DNA of 64,000 bases from positions 15,562,001 through 15,626,000 of the forward strand of contig OZ365111.1 of assembly GCA_977030845.1 (NCBI GenBank). The letters are read 5' to 3'. The position numbers and the translations under genes are program-made. Position 1 is the first letter of the stretch. Every line of letters begins with the position of its first letter. This document shows, in pieces, positions 1-12,029 of this stretch. This stretch comes from Fimbriosthenelais zetlandica (Eukaryota). Under the pieces are notes generated by a model. That model saw nothing but the letters and a program-made list of their open reading frames with translations, ran no database searches and had not been told where the DNA came from.

Positions 1-1968
1 GCATCCAAAGTTCTCTACAGTGCCACTATAGCTGCTCTCCTCACCCAAATAGCTGTTGCTATGTCAACTGAAGCCCTCAGTGGAAAACTGGAAAGTTTCC
101 ATCCCACTATCCACCACTGCATGCCTCATAGAGGGCAGTGTGAAGTGGCAGGGAATATTTTGAACCTGCTCACTGAATCTCAGATATCTGTCTCTAAGCT
201 GGATATGGATTTGCCTGATGAAGATAGGTCACTCAAGCAGGACCGTTATGGTTTGAGGACAGCAGCCCAGTGGCTTGCCCCAGCCATTGATTTACTAGAA
301 AGGGCTATAGACACAATAAACATAGATCTGAACAGCAGCAATGATAATCCAATTATAGACCATGTTAATGATACAATCTTACATGGAGGGAACTTCCAGG
401 TATTTATAATTTAAATTTAAATTTCTTACCTGAGCTATTTTTTTTTGTTCAATGCCACCTATATCATCTATGTCGCTCTAAGATATCTTCCATTGAATCT
501 GACTTTTTGATAAGTTATGATACGATTTACATGCCTGTTCTGGACCGTGAATAATATTAAAATATTTTGTTTGTAATAGTAAATGTAAAAATGAGGATAA
601 TATAAATTTTCACTTTCACTCAATCAAATCCATAGGGTACCTCAGTGGCAGTGGCCATGGACAACACCCGCCAAGCACTTCAGCTTTGTGGCAAACTTAT
701 GTTTGCTCAGATGTCCGAAATCGTTAACCTAAACCTCAACAAGGGCCTACCACCTAATCTAAGTGGATGTGACCCCACCTGTGACTTTGGCTTCAAGGGA
801 ACTGATACTGCAATGGCTTCCTACATGTCTGAATTGGATATGCTCACAAGTGAGTTTTTCTTTACTTCTACTCATCAAAAAGATGCTCGAATAGGGCACT
901 GAAAGAAAACCAAAGTTTAAAAAAAAAATTAGGACATTTAATGAAGTTCATAGAAACCTGAAATAAGGCAACTGAATGATTGAATATGTTTTTAATGAAA
1001 AAAGAACAAAATAGTTTTAAGAACACTGTATAATCTAATCACAGGTCCTGTAACTCGTCATGTACTCTCAGCTGAGATGGCGAACCAAGCTGTCAACTCC
1101 CTGGCTCTCCTCTCAGCTAGATGGAGTGAGCAGGCACTCTCTGTACTTCAACAAATGTTAGCTAACATCCTAGTCTGCCAGGCACAGGCCATTGATCTCA
1201 GATGGTTACAGGACAAAGTGAGGCAAAGTCTGAGGGAAATTGGTCAAAAGCATGATGTCCACGCCTCAAAACTAGACGACAGGATCTGGCCTTGGTAAGT
1301 TTTGTATACTCGGTAGAGTATTAAAGGACTTTATTTTTCTTTTTTGTTAAAGGAAATTCACAAATGTCCATTTAATATGATCGACAATAATTGTGTTTTT
1401 TTCTTAAATTATACCATGGTATAACTGATTTCTAGTTCCTATTATATATGAGATAAAAACCTTATAAGAATTTACAGTTGGTTTGATTTATATTTCTTAT
1501 AATTATATCTCTTCAGGTATGAGTTCTTATTCAACGCAAACAGAACGTGTGCCAAATTTGGTGCTGCTGTGAGGAATGGCCAAGATACTCTTGGATTCAC
1601 CAAACAAGTGGAGGAGAAAATGAACAAGTTATATGAATTGGTGAAGTCAGGTCATCATGTGTCTCAAGTTGAACAGAAGCTAGGCAGAGGTAAGTGAGAA
1701 TGTATCTATTGACACTGATCTTCAAAGGAACATTTTATAGTTTCATCATATTTAAAAATATTTAATAGTTTTATCATATTTTATCCTTTTAAATATATCT
1801 TAAATATTTTATATTTTAGGAACCCGCAAGATGTATAAATTCATTAGGGAGGAGCTAGGTATCGGCTTCTATGATGGTGACCACTTTTTGGATATGGACC
1901 TCCAGAAAATGCACTCGGCAATAGTTGATAGAGCAGTTGAAAAGGTTTTGTTAGAAGCACTGGATTGA
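1..1968 (+). CDS. Aromatic amino-acid ammonia-lyase, PAL/TAL type (MIO family); 5'-truncated by the window edge
   Basis: Exons <1-399, 636-849, 1045-1294, 1517-1689, 1820-1968 (TGA), all GT-AG and phase-compatible. Motifs: QDRYGLRTAAQW, SSNDNP, HGGNFQG, KGLPPNL, SPVTRHVLSAEMANQAVNSLALLSAR, QAIDLR, GTRKMYKFIREELG. The ASG (MIO) motif lies upstream of the window. Confidence 0.9.
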
Positions 1969-2351
1969 CAATAACTTATTGATATTCTGAACGGACATCT
2001 AAGATTTGTTAATACTCCACTTTTTTTAAGAGTATCTTGCATTTTATGGTTTTTGCTGCTCTTTACACTATATACATGTATTACTTTATGGTATTTTTTT
2101 TAGGTAATATTTGAATTAAATCAGACGAATACGTTACTTAATATCTTAGGGAATTGACATCACATTTTTATTTGCACTATCTAGATTATATACAGCCACA
2201 TGGAATGAGTCCATAGTAGCCGGGAATACTTTTGTATAATTATTATACTGAAGCAATAAAATCTCACCTTATTAAAAGGTCAATGAATTTCTTAAAAGTT
2301 AAAATGGTCGTCATATTCTTTAAATTATACATAATTTGTATTATCACCCTC

Positions 2352-4539
2352 TTAAAAATTGGGATCACTGATGTCAGAAAGTTTTTGTCCGAACAGGTCT
2401 TCTTCGAATTGTGAGAGCTGGGTAATAAACCCACGGTTTGGTCTCGCTGATGTACAACACTTCAAAAGATGTGCATAAGCCTCCTGAAAATATGATAAAA
2501 TTAAAACCAATGACATAAGAGTCGACATAATAGTCTATTTTATAAATGCATACAAGTACATTGTATTTTTATTAAATAAGGATATCAGTTTGGCTCCACA
2601 GTAGATTTAGGTAGATGTTTTACAAGGCCAAAAATTTCATGTTGCCATGCAGAGAGGTCCCTTTCTCTATACTACTCGTACAAATACTATCGAATGAGAA
2701 ACACCTAAAATTAGTCTTGCAAAAGATCTATTAAAATATATCCTTTACACCACATCTTGTTGAGTCAAGTTTGATACTCACTTTTAACGGCCATTTGTGA
2801 TGGTGCATTAGATAGGCGAGGACTACAGCAGAACACCGACTGATGCCCAGCTCGGAGAATACTAATACACATTGGTTCTTGGCTTTTTGCTTATCAATGA
2901 ACTGACAGGCTGAGGCAAGTTTGGAATGCAGGTCTGATTCCGCATTATCTTCAACTGAAACTTGTACGAGAGATTCTCCCTCTTCAAAGCTGTGAAATGA
3001 AGAAAATAGATAGCATTAGAGATCAAGTTCATATAATAAATAATGATTTATAAAATTGCTGCCATTTGAGATCGGATTATTGAAACATCAAATGAAGCGT
3101 ACTGTACACTTACAATGACTCTTTCTCTGTACAGCAGTTGACATGGGCCTGTATTTTCAGATCCTTCTGGATATAGGCGGCATTGCCTTGTCTCCAATTG
3201 CCCAAATATAGGAAGCCTGGTAGTATTTCTGTAGGATAAGTCTTTATGTCATCCAGTTCCTAAAAAAGGATTATATATGGTAATAAATGTTACTATACAT
3301 TTGAAATTATTTTACACCTTTAAAATAATTTCTACCAGATTCAATCGATTAAAATTAAAAGACAATTTCATGATTTTCCAATTAAAACCAAATCAAATAA
3401 GAGATATGGCAGATAATTATTATATGAAACGATGGATGGATTGTTAACTCACTCTAGGCATGTAAATGATCTTTTGTGTCCTTAGGAATGGGTAAAGTGC
3501 TGAGAAATCCTCATAACCGCCTCGTAGGATTCTGACAGTTTGACGACTTCCCATTTCCCACATTATCTTACCGCATGATAATGCAGCTCCTTTTGACAAA
3601 AGAAATATAAATTATGATGATAAGTAAATAATCAGGTCCAATCTGTTCACACAAAACTTTCAAAGCAGTTTCTGCAGATTTCTTAAGACTTAGCGTACGG
3701 TAACAATTTTCTACCAATTCTACTAAAAATATATTGAAAAAAAAGAATCTACTGACCTTCCTCCTTTAAAGTCCGTGTGTTCCCATCATAGATAATTACG
3801 TGGGATTTACATTCCAGCTCAGCATCATAGGGAATAATGAATTCTCCATTTTCATTCTACAAATGTAATAAAATAATATTTTCCCATTTCGATCAGAAAA
3901 GTCAGTACCGGTAGCACAATGAAATTTGATCATCAACGCATAAAAAAATTATTCTTTGTTACTGTTAGGTCTATATTCAAGCTCAATTTAACTGGATGTA
4001 GGCCTAAATAATTTAAATGATGCAGTGCAAGCTAGGAGAACTTACCACGGGCGCCCTCTTGGCTGTAATTACATGGCTTTCTTCATAATCTTCTTTACAC
4101 CTTGCATCTAAATAAAACAAACAAATATTCGTAAGTTCGCCAAAGCCAAAAGACAGTACCGTACGGTACCGACTACCGGTAGATCTAGCACGGTACCGGT
4201 ATCGGTAACATTATAAAGTAGGCCTACAGTATAGTATTACCATCAAAATTCAAGCTTGATTTTTGCTCAAAGGCACTACCAATAAATTCACTGTACTAGT
4301 CTATCTATAGAACTAATAAATGTACTGGACTATAGTCTAGCGGTATATCATATATAGTTAGGCCAAGGACCAGGTGGTCCACTGGATCACATTCAAGTCA
4401 TCGAGCAGCTGTCAAAAATAAAATTAGTGTTTTTACCCAGTAGAAGTAAATAATTAGAATCACTCAGCACTGGGTGCTTCAATCCTTGGTTGAGCAAGTT
4501 ATACAAGTCAGTCGGCCCAATTAATTCTAAACCATCCAT
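2352..4539 (-). CDS. STYXL1: STYXL1 / MK-STYX pseudophosphatase (rhodanese-like CH2 domain plus inactive DUSP domain), 295 aa
   Basis: Exons 4539-4437, 4107-4046, 3856-3757, 3589-3453, 3259-3114, 2989-2782, 2483-2352; total 888 nt. Motifs PTDLYNLLNQ, DARCKEDYEESHVITAKR, ILRGGYEDFSALYPFLRTQKIIYMP, VFSELGISR (FS replaces catalytic HC), RPNRGFITQL. Missed by the ORF track. Confidence 0.93.
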
Positions 4540-5276
4540 GGTTTTGACAAGTAATTATCTGATGCCTTCTGTCCCAACACGAGCAATAGTGATCCGCCAT
4601 GTGCACCACCAAAACATTGGACCTAAGAACAGTCGGAATAAAGCGCAGTGAGTCCCTCATGTAAAAAGAGTCCCGTGATAATATAGAGAATGTACAATGA
4701 AAATTAACAGTAGAGGGAGACTTTGGGCGAAATAAAAATATGAACACTGTTTTTTACTAGTAAAACATATAGTGTGTATTAAAACTAAGACCAAAATCAG
4801 AAGCGCAATGATATTAGCTTTCGGCTCCGTTGCTAATCACGCGGTCTATTGTAGTCCGCTTTAAAGCTTCACTACTGCCACGGACGGCAAAAGTCAGAAC
4901 TAAACGGAAATGCAATGTAAGGAAGATTCTGATTGGTCCATTACTTCTTGGCAGCCATTTTGTAATCCGCTGTGGGAGCCGCCATATTTAGTTTCTGCTT
5001 CCAGCAGATGGCGACTCTGTTTAATATTCTACACCACTTAGGCCCTTATACTGGAGATTAAAGCTAGAAACAAGAAATATAAAAGTTATCTCATTCATTT
5101 TATAAATAAAATGATGATTACTTCGCCTGATGAAGGGAATATGTGGGATTTAGGGAGCCTATATTTCCATGGTACACATTTCTTCTGACACAGCCGCCGC
5201 CATTTTGACCTCGACCGGCTGTCCAGCAGAAACTTCACCAGCTTATTTGTCAAAGTCCTGCAGATCAAGTGTCATC
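4540..5276. promoter_or_regulatory. Bidirectional promoter / 5' UTRs of STYXL1 and MDH2
   Basis: 737 bp between divergent ATGs. Reverse CCAAT at 4932-4936; YY1-like GCCAT(T/A)TT motifs at 4953, 4979 and 5197. Confidence 0.7.
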
Positions 5277-7513
5277 ATGTTTTCCAGTCTTCTCCGCCCC
5301 AGAACTCTGCAATCTGCAACTGGATTACTGAGGAACTTGTCTACAACTGCACGGGTAAGTATTTGGCGGCATCAAGCTTCCAAAGTGTGTCTAAGATCGA
5401 CGAAGTGGGGCGTTCAGTAAATGCCCTCCAACAGTAACACCACTCTCACCGGGCACTACTGTAGATGACTAGTACTAAAAGTTCAACTCGGTCTCAGAAT
5501 TAGTATTTTTATTAGTACTGTCTGAAGCTGTCAGATATGTCATTAACTTTTTATTGTGTATGCCATGACTAATATTTATTACATTGCTTATGCATTTCTT
5601 GAATTATAATATTTAAACTTTAATTATTAAAAATACATAATCTTGCTAAGACTAAGTCTTATTACTATTAGAAGGTCAGTATATCTCCAAGGCGCTTGTT
5701 CGGCTGGGGTTGGCGCTCGGCAAACTGTCCTAGCCAAAGTTACAGTTTGGCTAGGCCTAGGACTAGGTTTGAACTGAAAAAAGGGGCGGGGCGGGTTCTC
5801 GTCTATTAGTTACCATGACGATGTAACTTTTTAATTCTAAAAATAATTTCCTTTGCAGAATGGCACCAAGGTGGCTGTGTTGGGAGCCAGTGGTGGCATT
5901 GGCCAGCCAATGGCCCTACTCCTCAAGACCAACCCAAACATCACACACCTGTCCCTCTACGATATTGTACACACGCCAGGAGTAGCTGCTGACATCTCCC
6001 ACTGCTCCACGCCTGCTAAAGTCAGCGCCCATCAAGGACCTGAGGAGCTAGGTAATGCCCTCACAGGTTGTGAAGTGGTGGTCATACCAGCTGGGGTACC
6101 AAGAAAGCCAGGCATGACCAGAGATGATCTCTTCAACACCAATGCTTCCATTGTCCGCGACCTCGCAGAAGCATGCGCTGTCAACTGCCCTAAAGCAATG
6201 ATCTGTATTATTGCAAACCCGGTACGCAAGGCTACTAAAGATGCCCTGATTCTTAACTCCTATAGATTAGGTCATAGATAGATGTACAATTCAATGAACT
6301 TTAGTCCTTGAAAAATTATTTTAAACAATAAAAAATGTTCAAGTTTCTCTAAGATCCCAGATTTAATTATAGGGAATGCTTTAATTCACTTTGTATATTG
6401 TCATGTTAAAACCTATTTAATGTTACTTATAACCATTAAATGTCTAATTTGCTTTACATTCTAGGTGAACTCCACAGTACCAATCGCAAGTGAAGTCTTC
6501 AAAAAGCATAATGTATATGATCCAAACAGGATATTTGGTGTAACTACCTTGGATATTGTCAGAGCCAACACATTCATTGCCGAGGCTAAGGCAAGTATAA
6601 ACTGATGTGCTCCAAAAATGTGATTTCACAAATTTCCATCATTTTAGAAAACTGTCTTATTTGTGTGCATATTTTGGCAGGGTCTGGACGTAAGCCGCGT
6701 GAATTGCCCGGTAGTTGGAGGCCACGCTGGAGTGACTATTATTCCACTCATCTCTCAGTGCACACCTCCAGTCTCCTTCCCTGAGGCTGAACGTGAAAAA
6801 CTCACTGTCCGTATCCAAGAAGCTGGAACAGAGGTTGTCAAGGCAAAAGCAGGAGCTGTAAGTCTTTATAGGGTTCTTTCTTCCACATATTTAAAATAGT
6901 AATGAAAGAAGGCAACTTTAAAACAAATTTAAATAATTGATTTCTAGATTATTGACAAATAGTCCTAAAGCTTTGGTGCAGTCATCTCAACTACGAATGT
7001 ATGTTAAGTTATATAATATAGTTTATTTAACCATTTTAATACCATAAAGCAGAAGGTTTAAATTATTATTGTTACACAATTTTTTTTCTTAGGGCTCTGC
7101 CACTTTGTCTATGGCCTACGCTGGTGCCAAGTTTGCGAGTTCGGTTGTCCAAGCATTGAACGGAGAGCAGGGAGTGGTCGAGTGTGCCTTCGTTAAATCA
7201 GATGAGACAGAAGCCAAGTATTTCTCCACCCCCATTCTTCTCAGCGTAAGTAATAATACAAGTTGCATTACTCAAAAATCAAACGAAACTAGAAATTCTC
7301 ATATCTGCAGTTTTCTTTTTATAATAAATCGAATAATCTAAAATATTTCATTAAAAAATTATATTTTATTTTTTTCTTATGCAGAGGAACGGTATGGAGA
7401 AGAATTTGGGGCTCGGCAAACTGATGGAACACGAGGTTAAACTAGTTGAGTCCGCCATGCCCGAGCTTCAGGCCAGCATCAAAAAGGGAGAAGATTTCGT
7501 GCTAAGGAACTAA
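5277..7513 (+). CDS. MDH2: Mitochondrial malate dehydrogenase, 341 aa
   Basis: Exons 5277-5354 (targeting peptide [26 protein letters not shown]), 5859-6221, 6465-6590, 6681-6857, 7093-7245, 7385-7513; total 1026 nt. Motifs [46 protein letters not shown]. Intron 3 is GC-AG. Confidence 0.97.
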
Positions 7514-8206
7514 AACCTTCACATCCTAAAAACAATTGGTGAAAAAAAACAGCTGTCTGAGTAGGACAGGAAGATATAAAGAGTTCAAAAACTAGTTCTA
7601 AGGATGGAATCGATCCGTGCAAGGCAATGATAATGACAAAGGCATTTTTGCCTTCAGGAAAATAAGGACACTGCTTTGGTCATTTCAATCCATAGATCAT
7701 TTCAAGCTTAACGGGTCTTTTTTCGTGACTTTCTACCAGCGAAGCACAATAATTAGGAAATCTCAATGGAAAAAACCTAGAAAATGTTATAAATAAGTAG
7801 GCAGGGGAGCAAGCTTGAATAATATAGGTGGACTGCAGAACTAACAGTAGTTGATAGGATATAATGTTAAAATAAGTTATAATCAATTACACGCGGTTCT
7901 GGTTTTTCTCCTGGTGGTTTTTTCTTGGTCGGCCTTCATTATGTTGTTGTTGAGTGCGCTGTACATAAAAGCTGCTTTCGTGAGTGTGAAAAGAGAACAA
8001 AAGACAAATTCTGTGTTTCGTACAATCTTGTGTAGAAAGAGTTTGACGACCATCGTTATAAGAGCGGCCGTGGTGCATCTTAGTGGGCTACGATTAACAC
8101 TCATGTCCTACTCCGTTTTGAATAAATCTAATGAAACGTGAACTCTATTGACTTTTGATTGATAGTGCTAGATTTGGATGAAGCAGAATATTGATTGAAT
8201 ATCGAT

Positions 8207-9259
8207 TTAGGTACATCTAAAGACAGATGTGTTTCTTCCAGTTTTAAGAGTGGTCTGATCGGTTTGTACTTGATTGCCTATAAAAAAAACAATTTCCGAT
8301 GGGAAGGGTGTTGGGCGTGGCTGTATGAATCTTGGATCTTGTCCAACAGAACGGTTCAACTCCCAATACGATTCTACAGGTGGGTTATCTAAATGGATAA
8401 TAATAAATTAGTATGGGTTCCATAACGCATATGATATTTAATAGCCACACCCCAAAATAAAACTAAGTTTTAAACAAATGGTTCCTTGAATAAGTCCTTC
8501 CAAGATCAAGAAAAATAAGAGAATGTGCTACAAGGAAAGTTGCTTGTAAAGTTTGACAGTTTATTATCGAGTCGTCAATACATCATATATATTGTACATG
8601 GCACAGAATAGAAAGCAGAGAAGACATAGGCGCGTGGTGAGAGAGATAGAGATGATGCTGTACAATACAATACACTCGGGCTACTCTTATAGGAACTCAG
8701 TTACTTTTAGTCCTGGATATCACGATTTCTTACTCACCCAAAAATGGTTAGAAAATATACTAATATTTCAAAAATATAGGCAAAATTTGTTGATGTTTTT
8801 CCAAAGAGTAATCAATGTAGATTTTCTGAGGTATGACTTGAACATTTATTGAAATTAAAATTTAAACAAGAGCGACGTCTCGGAATAACATGTTCACAAG
8901 ACAATTTCAATACAAGTCAGATACCAATATTTAGAATTTTTGTCATATTTCCCAACTTAAAACCAAAAAAGACACCCATTAAACATTGTTTTTCAGAGGG
9001 AGTAATCTAGTAATTAAATATCGAATTTAAACTCACTTAGATAAGGAATAGCCCTGGTGTAGTGTTGATTGTCTATCTTGAGGTAAGCTAGAAGGGAGGT
9101 ATACAGAAAAACTCCGGGAGGTATAGTCACATCCAAAACTAGCAGTACAGTGGTATCTAGACAGTGATATGTAACACTATAAAGGGCCAGTATTCTATAC
9201 TCGTTGGTATGATGACGCCAGTAGAATTTCTGTAAACACCATTTGAGGGTGCGTGTCAT
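8207..9259 (-). other. Candidate unannotated two-exon transcript (orphan ORF of about 134 aa, or lncRNA)
   Basis: ATG 9259 is open to a donor A|GTGAGT at 9037. An acceptor with TACTAAT branch-like motif and TTTAG lies at 8388; the phases join and the frame stops at 8207. No recognisable homology. Confidence 0.22.
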
Positions 9260-11045
9260 ATCAGAAGAAAATATTAACTAATTTACTGCAATTTCTCAAA
9301 TCCTTTTGCATACCAACCCATTATGGGGTCAATGAAACCAATGGGGAAAAAACAGAAATTCAGTAAAATATTTTCAGGAAAAATGGTCCCAACTAAACAA
9401 AATCCAACATTCAAGAATATCTTAGAGAACAGAGAACAGTGTGACGTTAGTTAAAGGACATGCATGGCATTGAACCAAGTTGGTGTACAACAAAACTTTC
9501 TATACAACCAATTTAAATAAATCATCACATCCACGTCTCTATGAATACTATATTTATACCTAGAGCGGCTAAATGCTTCCGTGATTTGCTTCTCGTATAC
9601 ATTATAGTGTTCAAAGTTGGACCTTGGTGGACCAAAAAATGATGAGATAATCAAAATTGAATTGTTCCTGACTTCTAAACCGGCCGTCAAGGAACGCAAT
9701 ACTGGTAATCTGGCATATCTCACATCGATTCCTAAACTGATATATTAATTTTTTCCACATTGCTTAGATCAATATAATTATGATCCCTGTATTACAATAA
9801 TTTTATTGTCATATATTAAAAACGTTAGGAAAACCCCGTGAAAATATGTCAAATCCCTCTCAAAAACTACAATTGATTTAACGTTTTTAAATACAATAAT
9901 TTGGTTATCATAAATTGACGTCACTTTTTTTTTTACACAAACTGTAGGCTATAGCATTAGCTTATTAATTTCGCACTAAAATGACTTTAGATCTATCTCT
10001 GAATATTGTTGTCATACACAACGTATAAGTCAGGATAATGAAGAGATACTTTTCATCCAACAGTATATAAATTATAGCAGATGCAAATAACATTTCTGGC
10101 GAGTAAAACTCGATTACATTTTGTCGTTTTATGTTTTTATATCAAACAATATTAGAAAAACTCAAACGGTCTTAGACAATTGTACCTTACTTACATTGCA
10201 GTAAAAGAGGTGCAGAAATTTAAATGGTCTAAAAGATTAGGAAAAAATAAGAGAAAAATCAATGGTTAAGCTATTCATAAGTCTTGAGCCATGTGAACAC
10301 GTGAAATACTGAAGGTTTTTTTCTGTGTTGCTATTCTAAATCTAATGAAAAGAGAAAAGAGCTGAGGCGAAGTAACGGGGGTATAGATATTCTAATACAA
10401 AAACTCCGTGCTTCACAAGCATAGAGGCCATGACAAAGGAAAACACCAAAGGAAGCAGATGGCCAGAAAACAGTTAGAGACATATTTCTTATGTCCAGAG
10501 ATTATAAATTTAGTCAGCTGTCAAACTTGTACTGCGAGTCGTCCCTATTGAACACAAATAATAGATAAAGTTAATTTAAAATCGATCTGTGTGATACAAA
10601 ATATAATTAGCAAGGTGATGGCAGAGTTAATGCAAAACAAAACTGCAATTTTTGAAAAATACCTTCTTACTTAACCGAGAATGGGTCTATTTAATTTTGT
10701 TCATAGTGCAAATGGATGATTAAACTGTGAAGCAAATGGAGAAACTATACAAAAAAACCCTTTACTAAAATAACTCCTCGGGTATGATGACTTAGAAGAG
10801 ACGCAGCAAAAGGTCATAACAATTAACAATATCCTAGAACAAACAGCTACAAGTGTTATTAAAATGTATCTCCGATCAAAATATAGACAAGACAAGCCGT
10901 GAGGAATTTGTGTTGCTGCACCAAATATACAAAATAGCAATCAATCCAAGATGGCCTAATATCATTATTATTCCCTCCTACTGATATCAGTCTACACTCA
11001 GTGTAGGCTTTGACACGAGAGGTGAGGGAAAAGTCTAGAAAAGTT

Positions 11046-11061
11046 GGGGGGGGGGGGGGGG
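11046..11061 (+). repeat. Poly-G tract (about 16 G)
   Basis: Direct reading; downstream of the ANKRD13 stop codon. Confidence 0.85.
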
Positions 11062-12029
11062 ATGATTATGATGATAATCAATAATGAACAGTAACAATAA
11101 TAAATTACTAACAAAACATGTACAAAAAGCTATACTTGGATATACACAAATATACAATGGCAGTTAGAACAGCCACGCACCCGTGGGGGTGGTGGAATGG
11201 AATCAGCTATACACATTTATATTATATTATAGTTATGCTTGTACAAATCATGCATCAGGTACATAAAAAGACACTAGCTCTAGTGCCTCAAACACGAGCC
11301 TTTTGTTTGACGCTGACAAATAGCATTAAATACACACATACCACTACACAACTGTCTGCGCTGCAAAGTTCGGGTGGTCATTCCACGCTGCATATATTAT
11401 ATGTAACTCGAGTTCAGCATAAAAATTTATAAGTTTACGGGGATCATTCCTTTAAAAAAGAAAACGAAAAAAGACCCACTCTCACCTTACAAACTTTCAG
11501 ACATTTTCCTTGTGTGGTTTGGGTTTTTTATAGTATTCACGTAGCTAACATATAAGTGAGCAGAGACACACAAATAGATGAGAGAAAGAAATTCTTACCA
11601 AGAACATTAAAATAAAATAAAATACATCTGTCGTCAGATGTTGACAAATCAAAAAGAATGATCTGAATCTAGGAAACTTTATCTCTAAAACTTTAGTAAA
11701 ACTAGTGAATTTTTCCTCGTAGATTACCTTCTTTCAAGAGGATCCTTCACAAAATGTGCAAAAGATGGCGAGGATTTTGGGATGCAGTGCATTGAAATTT
11801 TTAAAAGAATGAATGTACATAGAGTAGATATATATGTACCCCTTGATACATTGTAACAACTTGCATTGAGGCATCCTTTACGACGAATCCAGTGTGTACG
11901 TGTGTGCATTTTTCTTTCTCATAAACATGACTTCAAAAAGGTAAGAGACCCTAAGCAATATACAATATGTCTTTGGCCAGTTGTTTTATATTACTAGTTT
12001 AGCATGTTATCAATTGTTTTAGCATTGTT

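Noticed and set aside
1966-1974. Stop-codon readthrough at PAL TGA-CAA
   Set aside because: A TAA follows after one codon, so any extension would be trivial.
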